A stretch of DNA of 39,433 nt from Aphanothece sp. (GTDB lineage: Bacteria; Cyanobacteriota; Cyanobacteriia; PCC-6307; Cyanobiaceae), in NCBI GenBank assembly GCA_040381675.1, contig JBEIGX010000001.1:1-39433 (forward strand), written 5' to 3'. Of the stretch, positions 10,434 through 17,049 are shown piece by piece. Position 1 is the stretch's first letter, and every line of letters starts with the position of its first letter. A program made the position numbers and the translations under genes. The notes under the pieces are model-generated. The model saw only the letters and a program-made list of their open reading frames with translations. It ran no database searches and was not told the origin of the DNA.

Positions 10434-11297
10434 ATGAACGCCTGCACCGCTCGTCGCCCCCGCCCCCTGCCCCATCAAGCCCATCGCTCAACAACCGCAA
10501 CCGAGGCGCTTCAGCGTCGAAATACCCTTGTGGAAGCCCATCGGCACCTGGTGCCGCCCGTGGCCTACCACTACTGGCGTCGCTGCCCAGAACCCCAGGA
10601 TGATCTGATCCAGGTGGGCTTGATGGGGCTGATCAGGGCCGCCGAATTGTTCCGCCCAGAAACGGAGACGCCCTTTTCCGCCTTTGCACGCCCCCACATT
10701 CGCGGGGCCATCCTCCACTATCTCCGGGATGTGGCCGCTCCTGTGCGCTTGCCCCGTCGGCAAGCGGAGTTGCAGATCCGCCTCCAGCGCCAGGAGGAAC
10801 CCAGGGGTGGCGAAGCCTCCGTCGGCCCCAGCTCCAATGAGGGGCAAGGGAACCGACTGGGGGTGACGGAGGAGCAATGGCAGCTTCTCCAACGCCATCG
10901 TCAGCTGTGTCGGCCAGCCCCTCTCGACACTGCCCTGATCGAACAGATCGCCTCTCCGGCCATGGAGCCCATGGAGGATGAACGGACAAGCCAGAGGCGT
11001 GTCGACGAGCTATTGAAGGGGCTGGATCCCCGCACACAACAGGTGCTCCGTGGGGTGGTTCTGCAGGGCTGGAGCTATCGACGGACCGCAAAAGCCCTGA
11101 ATGTGAGCACCATGACGGTGCAGCGTTGCCTGCACCGCGGTTTGGCCAACCTCCGGAACCAACTCTGCCCACCCCCCCAGGGGCCGTGCACTAATTCTGG
11201 GCGGAGGCGCGATCTCGCTCCATCTGTTGCTCGAGGGTGGCCATCGCAGCGGTCACCGCTGCAAGCTGGCGTTCCAACCCATCGCGCCAGAACATGA
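10434..11297 (+). CDS. sigF: Group 3 sigma-70 factor, SigF/SigB-type
   Basis: Region 2 DDLIQVGLMGLIRAAELF...FSAFARPHIRGAILHYLRD and region 4 HTH WSYRRTAKALNVSTMTVQR. Confidence 0.85.
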   Translation: MNACTARRPRPLPHQAHRSTTATEALQRRNTLVEAHRHLVPPVAYHYWRRCPEPQDDLIQVGLMGLIRAAELFRPETETPFSAFARPHIRGAILHYLRDVAAPVRLPRRQAELQIRLQRQEEPRGGEASVGPSSNEGQGNRLGVTEEQWQLLQRHRQLCRPAPLDTALIEQIASPAMEPMEDERTSQRRVDELLKGLDPRTQQVLRGVVLQGWSYRRTAKALNVSTMTVQRCLHRGLANLRNQLCPPPQGPCTNSGRRRDLAPSVARGWPSQRSPLQAGVPTHRART

Positions 11298-11385
11298 GCA
11301 TGCGGTGTCTGCGCTCCTGGTAGCGGAGACGACGTACCCCTGGATCCTCTCCCAGGGGTGCGCCACAGGCAAATGGTGAAAACAT
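11191..11385 (-). CDS. Small hypothetical coiled-coil protein (64 aa), convergent with sigF
   Basis: MFSPFACG...RMLMFWRDGLERQLAAVTAAMATLEQQMERD has a heptad pattern and resembles a small picocyanobacterial protein as I recall it. Confidence 0.7.
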   Translation of the reverse strand: MFSPFACGAPLGEDPGVRRLRYQERRHRMLMFWRDGLERQLAAVTAAMATLEQQMERDRASAQN

Positions 11386-11515
11386 GGGGCAGGACCAAAC
11401 TGGGATGGTTCTAGCGGGCCTCAACGTTGCTTTGAGACGGAGTGGGGAAATTTTGGGCAGAAGGCCCGCGAGTCGCCATGATGGTCAGCTTCCCAGAAAC
11501 AGTTCCCGGCGCGAC

Positions 11516-13111
11516 GTGCTTGCGGTGTTCCGTCCCATCCCCGCCCGCCTGCTCCTGAGCCTGGCCTGTGGATCCGTCCTTGTTTCCTCCCCAAAGGCTT
11601 GGGCACAGTCCTATGTCGGCCTGATGGACGGCCAGCGTGCCCTGCCTCTCAAGGGGCAATTCAATCGGGTGCCCGTTCTGCACTCCAACCAGCCTGAGGA
11701 GGTGGAGGGTCCTGGCCTGCTGATCAGTACGGTGCCAGGGACGGCATTTGCAGCTGAAAATGGCATGCCCGTGGAGATGCCCGCTTACACCTTCAATGGC
11801 GATTTCGGGCTGCACTTACATCACAAATACTTCCCAACCTATCGGGGCTCCATCTCCACATCACAACGACGCGGTGAACTCACCCTGGCAGCCATTCTTG
11901 TCAATCCCAGGAATGAACCTGTCAGGATTCAATTTTCGGCAGGGGCAGTTCGCAACAGTTTTGAGGCCCCCTACCTCGCCCGACATCTGATGGGGGTGCG
12001 CCCGCTTGGACCCCGACCTTGGAACACGGGCCCGGGGGATGCCACCGCGGTGCAGTTGCTCCGGGAGCGCTTGGATCCCCAATTCACGGAGACGGTGATC
12101 GTGCCGCCAAGGGGGCGGGTGGTGCTTTTCCAGACGCCCCTCCCAGCCCTTGGCATTGCCAATGCCCTACTGAAAGGGCGCAGCGATGGTCCCTTCCAGA
12201 TCGCAGTGGTGGCTGCGAAGAATCCCCAGAGTGATCGTGATTTATTTGCCGTGATGGATCAGGGCCAGTTGGCTCCGGGACGGGTTTATTTGCAGCGGAT
12301 ACCTGAAATCCATGCTGGGACGATCTTCTCTCGGGTGGGGGGCGTGGCCATCGGAGACCACTATCAATCTTCCCTGAGTCACGATCTCAGCCGGCAGGGC
12401 CCTCTCCATGTGCCCCTGACCAGCACCAGACGCACCCACTTTGGGACGGGTGAAGTGCAGGTCAATCCCCTCGCCACCCGCGTGGTGGATTCCGCTCTCG
12501 ATAATGTGGGGACGTATGGCGTGCGTTTTGATGTCGACCTCAACCTGGTCGGTCAAGGGAGCTACGACATCGTCCTGAGCCACCCTTCACCCGTGGCCGG
12601 GCGATCCCACTTCACAGCCTTTCGCGGTTCCATTGAAATCCGCCGACCGGAAGGGCTTCAGGCTGTGCATGTGGGGCTGCGGTCGGGCCAGAGCCTCTCC
12701 TTGGCTCCCCTCCAACTGGAGGCGGGTCGCAGTACACCTGTTCGCATCTCTCTGGTTTATCCGGCAGACTCCACCCCTGGTCACCTTCTGAGTGTCGTGC
12801 CAACAAGCCAGCTCACGGAGGTGCAGCAAAGGGAAGGAAGGCAGCCCATGGCGATCGGAAATCCAGAACCGCCTCGGGCGCCCCAGCGATCTGCTCAACC
12901 CACCCGCAGATCCGCCCCCAAACGGGTGGGACCCATGATCCCCCCCGCGGATGTCCTTCGTTACCCCACAACTCCCAATTGGATTCAACCCCCACCCCCC
13001 CGACCTTCTCCCAAAAGCCAACGCAGTTCCGGAGGGGGCTTGACTGATCGCTACAGGGACGCACTGGATGTCCAGAGGCGTCTGCTTGACCAGTGGCAAC
13101 AATCGCCCTAG
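11516..13111 (+). CDS. DUF3370-like exported protein with Pro-rich C-terminal tail
   Basis: Signal-like LLLSLACGSVLVSSPKAWA, then PVLHSNQPEEV, DNVGTYGV, FRGSI and LVYPAD. Start uncertain (ORF open from 11384). Confidence 0.75.
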   Translation: MLAVFRPIPARLLLSLACGSVLVSSPKAWAQSYVGLMDGQRALPLKGQFNRVPVLHSNQPEEVEGPGLLISTVPGTAFAAENGMPVEMPAYTFNGDFGLHLHHKYFPTYRGSISTSQRRGELTLAAILVNPRNEPVRIQFSAGAVRNSFEAPYLARHLMGVRPLGPRPWNTGPGDATAVQLLRERLDPQFTETVIVPPRGRVVLFQTPLPALGIANALLKGRSDGPFQIAVVAAKNPQSDRDLFAVMDQGQLAPGRVYLQRIPEIHAGTIFSRVGGVAIGDHYQSSLSHDLSRQGPLHVPLTSTRRTHFGTGEVQVNPLATRVVDSALDNVGTYGVRFDVDLNLVGQGSYDIVLSHPSPVAGRSHFTAFRGSIEIRRPEGLQAVHVGLRSGQSLSLAPLQLEAGRSTPVRISLVYPADSTPGHLLSVVPTSQLTEVQQREGRQPMAIGNPEPPRAPQRSAQPTRRSAPKRVGPMIPPADVLRYPTTPNWIQPPPPRPSPKSQRSSGGGLTDRYRDALDVQRRLLDQWQQSP

Positions 13112-13120
13112 GCAGCGCCC

Positions 13121-14164
13121 ATGGATCAACCAGCACCCCCTACCCCCCCTCCAGCACGCCGGCGCCTGACCCTGGAGCTGTCGCACGACAGGATCGACCA
13201 TATTGATGCCTTGAAAAAGGAGTGGGGTCTGCGGAATCGGGGCGATGTGCTGGAGCGTCTCCTCGAAGAACTCTTCTCGCCAAGCCCTTCCGAAACCATC
13301 CCTGAGGCAACGACCCCAGCGGGTTCCATCCAGGAGGATGACCTCCTGGATGACTGTGCCGCTCTTGTTCTTGTGGGGTTGGGGCAAGGGGCGATGGAGG
13401 GATGGCGCCTGGGAGACGAGGAGGAGGATTCCCCTGAACCACCCGTGAAACGGGGCAAGCCCGCAGGCAAAGGGATCGATCTCCCTGGTTTTGTTCGCAA
13501 GCGCTCCCAAAACCTCAAACGGAGTTTGGCCGCGGGCACCGACACCGATCCCTCACCCGCTGGCGTCACCCCATGGCCCCAGCTTTCGGAAGGCCTTCTG
13601 CAACAAAGCCTGGAGAGAGCACAGACTCACTGGCTCAATCTCTTTGCCCAGCCCCCCAATGCCGCCGTCGTCGAGGCCGCCATGGGTTGGCTGGCCCATG
13701 ACATCTGGCCCCATGCAGATCTTTGCGAAGGGAAGATGTTCACCTGGTCGGCCGCGGGACGGCTGATGAGGGATCTGGGCCCGAGCTGGAGTGAAGACAT
13801 CCCGAGCCTGGAGGGAGTGATGGTGATCGCGGGAGTGCTGGAGGATCCCTTCAGCGCTGACACTCTCCCCCTTCGAATACCAACGTTGATGCACCGCTTT
13901 GTCCACCGATTCCGGCGGAGGCAACGGGGCACATCCTTCCAGACACTGGAATCCACCATGACCCTCCAAGGAGCCCTGCGCCAACTTCAGCTGCCAACGG
14001 ATCCAGGCCAGCGGGTCACCCTGACCCAGATCCGGGAGGCCTACCGTGAGATGGCCCTCAAGCACCACCCCGATTCCGGCGGCTCCCTGGATGCCATGCG
14101 CCGACTTAACGAGGCCTACCAACTCCTGAAGGAGCTGTATCGCCCCAAGCAACAAGACGATTAG
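13121..14164 (+). CDS. J-domain (DnaJ-like) protein with C-terminal HPD and probable N-terminal RHH domain
   Basis: C-terminal IREAYREMALKHHPDSGGSLDAMRRLNEAY; N-terminal RRRLTLEL-helix-RGDVLERLLEE. Confidence 0.85.
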   Translation: MDQPAPPTPPPARRRLTLELSHDRIDHIDALKKEWGLRNRGDVLERLLEELFSPSPSETIPEATTPAGSIQEDDLLDDCAALVLVGLGQGAMEGWRLGDEEEDSPEPPVKRGKPAGKGIDLPGFVRKRSQNLKRSLAAGTDTDPSPAGVTPWPQLSEGLLQQSLERAQTHWLNLFAQPPNAAVVEAAMGWLAHDIWPHADLCEGKMFTWSAAGRLMRDLGPSWSEDIPSLEGVMVIAGVLEDPFSADTLPLRIPTLMHRFVHRFRRRQRGTSFQTLESTMTLQGALRQLQLPTDPGQRVTLTQIREAYREMALKHHPDSGGSLDAMRRLNEAYQLLKELYRPKQQDD

Positions 14165-14582
14165 AGTGTCTCGCGGGGCTCATGAGGGACCCATTAATGG
14201 ACCCGTCCCGAGTCTTGTGCGAGACCGGCAATAGCATCGTGCCGCCCTCGGCTCATCCGCCAACCGCGGGCATTTGGGCGAGGCTCTTATCTTCCATGCC
14301 ATCGCTTACAAGTCACTCTGGACTGGGTCTTGGACTTGTATTAAGTCTCGGGTGCAACGAGCGAGGCGGCACCCGTGTCTTGCTCGCCTCGAGCTAGACC
14401 CACCACGGGTCTAGACATGCGCCCCGGGCGAAACCAGTGATTTCGAAAAAACATCGGATTCTGTCTGTTGTGAACACCGAGTGGTCAGCTCATGACATCC
14501 GCGGCCATGGCAGGACATCAAAGGAGAAAAGGATCATGTCCAAAAATCTTTGGCCAATCCAGAAACCGTGATGTGCCCTGGA

Positions 14583-14626
14583 TTAAAAGGGTCTGCTGAT
14601 CTGTCTTTAACACAGATCAGCAGACC
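14583..14626 (-). terminator. Perfect 15-bp hairpin; terminator-like on the minus strand
   Basis: GGTCTGCTGATCTGT (14590-14604) pairs with ACAGATCAGCAGACC (14612-14626) around a 7-nt loop; CTTTTAA follows on the minus strand. Confidence 0.5.
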
Positions 14627-14973
14627 GATGCCGCCTCTCCGCAGCCCTGACCGAACACTTGTCGCACCAATTTCAATAGAGTCTGATTCCCAGTCTGGCG
14701 ACGCGACTCAAACGCTAAACATGCGAGGAATCGAAAGGCCTCCCGTTGGCGCGCAGCGGCGAAGGTGGCTGCATGGAGTGTCTCGCGTGAATCAGCAACC
14801 CCCTGATCACCAGCACCGTCCCAAACCGTTGGTGCCCAAAAAGATTTCAGCACCCCAGCAGCGGCACCTTGAGAACACCACTGCGTCTCATTTGTGGCGC
14901 GTTCTGGGTCCCGAAAACAGACTTATTCAGGATGGGCGATAGTGAAATGGCTCCCCATTTCGCTACGCCCCAT

Positions 14974-14998
14974 AAAAAACCCGCCAAGGATGGCGGGT
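14974..14998 (-). terminator. Intrinsic terminator of apcD
   Basis: Stem CCCGCCA/TGGCGGG with a 4-nt loop and A6 (U-tract on minus), about 40 nt after the apcD stop. Confidence 0.85.
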
Positions 14999-15038
14999 GT
15001 CCAGGCTGCTGATGGGGCTATCCGTTTCTGGCAGGTGA

Positions 15039-15533
15039 TCAGGTGCTGGTCTGCATGCCCTGAATCAGGAAGTCGAAATAGGGTCCAACCAATGCGGCGT
15101 CGTCTTTGCTGAGGAGCGAGATGGACGCCTCCTTCATGGTGCGCATGGCTTCCACCATGCCTGGCATGGGCACTCCCAGACTGTTGTACATCTCGCGGGC
15201 ACCAAAAAGTCCGATGGCTTGGATCTGCTCCGTGCTTCCCGCCAGCACCCCATAGGTGACCAGACGGAGATACCAGCTGTAATCCCTCAGGCACTGGGCC
15301 CGTTGTTTCTGGCCGAAAGCGTTGCCCCCGGGAGCCACATATTCAGGCTTGCGGGTGAAGAGTTGCTTGGCCGCCTCATCAATGATTTTTTTCTCATTGG
15401 CCGTCAGCACCTTCACCACCTCCAGTCGGCGGCTTCCGCCGCTGAGGAATTCCACCATGGTGCGTAGCTCGCCACCAGTGGGATAGCGGAGCTGATCATC
15501 GGCCTGGAGGATCAGATCGCGAACGACACTCAT
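15039..15533 (-). CDS. apcD: Allophycocyanin alpha-B subunit
   Basis: MSVVRDLILQADDQLRYPTGGEL...GGNAFG...CLRDYSWYLRLVTYGVLAG...GAREMYNSLGVPMPGMVEA. Confidence 0.93.
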   Translation of the reverse strand: MSVVRDLILQADDQLRYPTGGELRTMVEFLSGGSRRLEVVKVLTANEKKIIDEAAKQLFTRKPEYVAPGGNAFGQKQRAQCLRDYSWYLRLVTYGVLAGSTEQIQAIGLFGAREMYNSLGVPMPGMVEAMRTMKEASISLLSKDDAALVGPYFDFLIQGMQTST

Positions 15534-15654
15534 GGCAGCGACCACAGACCGTGTGATCTTATCCAGTCCAGCCGCAGCATCCCAGGGGGAACGGCCGAAG
15601 GTGTAACGCCCCTTTGCAGTTCGGCCGATAGGGTCGGGGAAGAGAGCTGGATCG

Positions 15655-17034
15655 ATGCAACAGGGACAGGGGGTGAACGGCGACCTGCAGAGCCTCACCG
15701 TTGACGACCTCACCCGTGATGGGTTGGGGGTGGGGCGAATCGCGGGCCAGGTGATTCTTGTGGAGGGGGCCCTTCCCGGCGATCGGGTGGAGGTGCGCCT
15801 GGTGCATCAGGCCAAGCGCCATGCCGTCGGAATGCTGGTGCGCCTACTTCAGGCTTCCCCAGACCGCAGAAAACCCCCTTGCATCCTGGCCGACCACTGC
15901 GGAGGGTGCAGCCTCCAGGCCTTGGAAGCCCGGGCCCAGCAGCACTGGAAAGAGCACCGGGTGGCAGACGTTCTTCAACGGATTGGTCAGTTGGATCCCC
16001 TGGTGCGGCCACTCCTCGCCGCACCCCAGGAGCTGGCCTACCGCAACCGGGCCGTGATTCCCCTGGAGCGGGATCCGGAAGGGCGAATTCGGGCCGGCTA
16101 CTACCGCCGCGGCAGCCACCAGATCGTGAACATGAACCGCTGCCCTGTTCTCGATCCACGTCTCGACGCCATGGTGGCCCCCCTCAAGGCCGACCTGGAG
16201 GCCAGTGGCTGGCCAGTAAACCGACACGGCGCAGCGAACACCCCAGGGGCAGGTCTTCGCCACCTCGCCCTTCGCCTCGGCAGGCGCAGTGGTGAGCGCC
16301 TCATCACCTTGATTGCCAGCCACGGCGATCTACCGGGACTGGCCGCCATCGCCGAAGGCTGGATGGCGCGATGGCCCGAGCTGGTGGGGGTGACCCTCAA
16401 CCTCCAACCCCAGGGAGGAAATCGGCTGTTTGGACCCGAATCGATCCCCATCGTTGGTCGGGACTGGATCCTGGAACCCTTCGCCGGCATCGAGCTTCAA
16501 ATCGGTGCGGACACCTTTTTTCAGGTCTACAGCGAACAGGCTGAACGGGTGACGGCCCTTCTCCTGGAGCGCCTTGGCCCCGCTGGCGGGACCGTGCTTG
16601 AGGGGTATTGCGGCATCGGAACGTTTTCGCTTCCCCTGGCCCAAGCCGGTTGGCATGTTCACGGCATCGAGCAGCACCCCAGCACGGTGGCTCTGGCAAG
16701 GACCAATGCCGAACGCAATGGCCTCGCCACAACGTGCAGATTCGACGAAGGGGATGTGGCGCTGCTTCTGGAGCAGGCCCTCTGCCAGGGCGCTCCATCG
16801 GCGGTGGTTCTGGATCCCCCCCGCAAGGGTTTGCAGGAGCCTGTTCTGGCCTCCCTTCTCGATCATCGCCCTCCCCTGATCCTTTATCTCAGCTGTGATC
16901 CAGCCACCCTGGCCAGGGATCTCGGAGCCCTTTGCGCAGAGGGGGGCTACGGATTGGAGAGCGTGCAACCACTCGACTTCTTTCCCAACACCAGCCATGT
17001 GGAATGTCTGGCCGTTGTTCAGCGTCAGGAGTAG
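15655..17034 (+). CDS. rlmD: 23S rRNA m5U1939 methyltransferase
   Basis: TRAM domain, Fe-S motif PCxxxxxCGGC, FFQV, YCGIGTF, LDPPRKG, YLSCDPATLARD and DFFPNTSHVE. Confidence 0.92.
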   Translation: MQQGQGVNGDLQSLTVDDLTRDGLGVGRIAGQVILVEGALPGDRVEVRLVHQAKRHAVGMLVRLLQASPDRRKPPCILADHCGGCSLQALEARAQQHWKEHRVADVLQRIGQLDPLVRPLLAAPQELAYRNRAVIPLERDPEGRIRAGYYRRGSHQIVNMNRCPVLDPRLDAMVAPLKADLEASGWPVNRHGAANTPGAGLRHLALRLGRRSGERLITLIASHGDLPGLAAIAEGWMARWPELVGVTLNLQPQGGNRLFGPESIPIVGRDWILEPFAGIELQIGADTFFQVYSEQAERVTALLLERLGPAGGTVLEGYCGIGTFSLPLAQAGWHVHGIEQHPSTVALARTNAERNGLATTCRFDEGDVALLLEQALCQGAPSAVVLDPPRKGLQEPVLASLLDHRPPLILYLSCDPATLARDLGALCAEGGYGLESVQPLDFFPNTSHVECLAVVQRQE

Positions 17035-17049
17035 ACCCGCCCTGCGGGG

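Noticed and set aside
14588-14635. dif-like site (CTGTGTTAAAG resembling a XerD arm)
   Set aside because: Only a partial match, no convincing XerC arm, and the sequence is explained by the hairpin.
14165-15038. CRISPR array or IS remnant in the long intergenic region
   Set aside because: No regularly spaced 23-47 bp repeats, no terminal inverted repeats and no transposase-like ORF.
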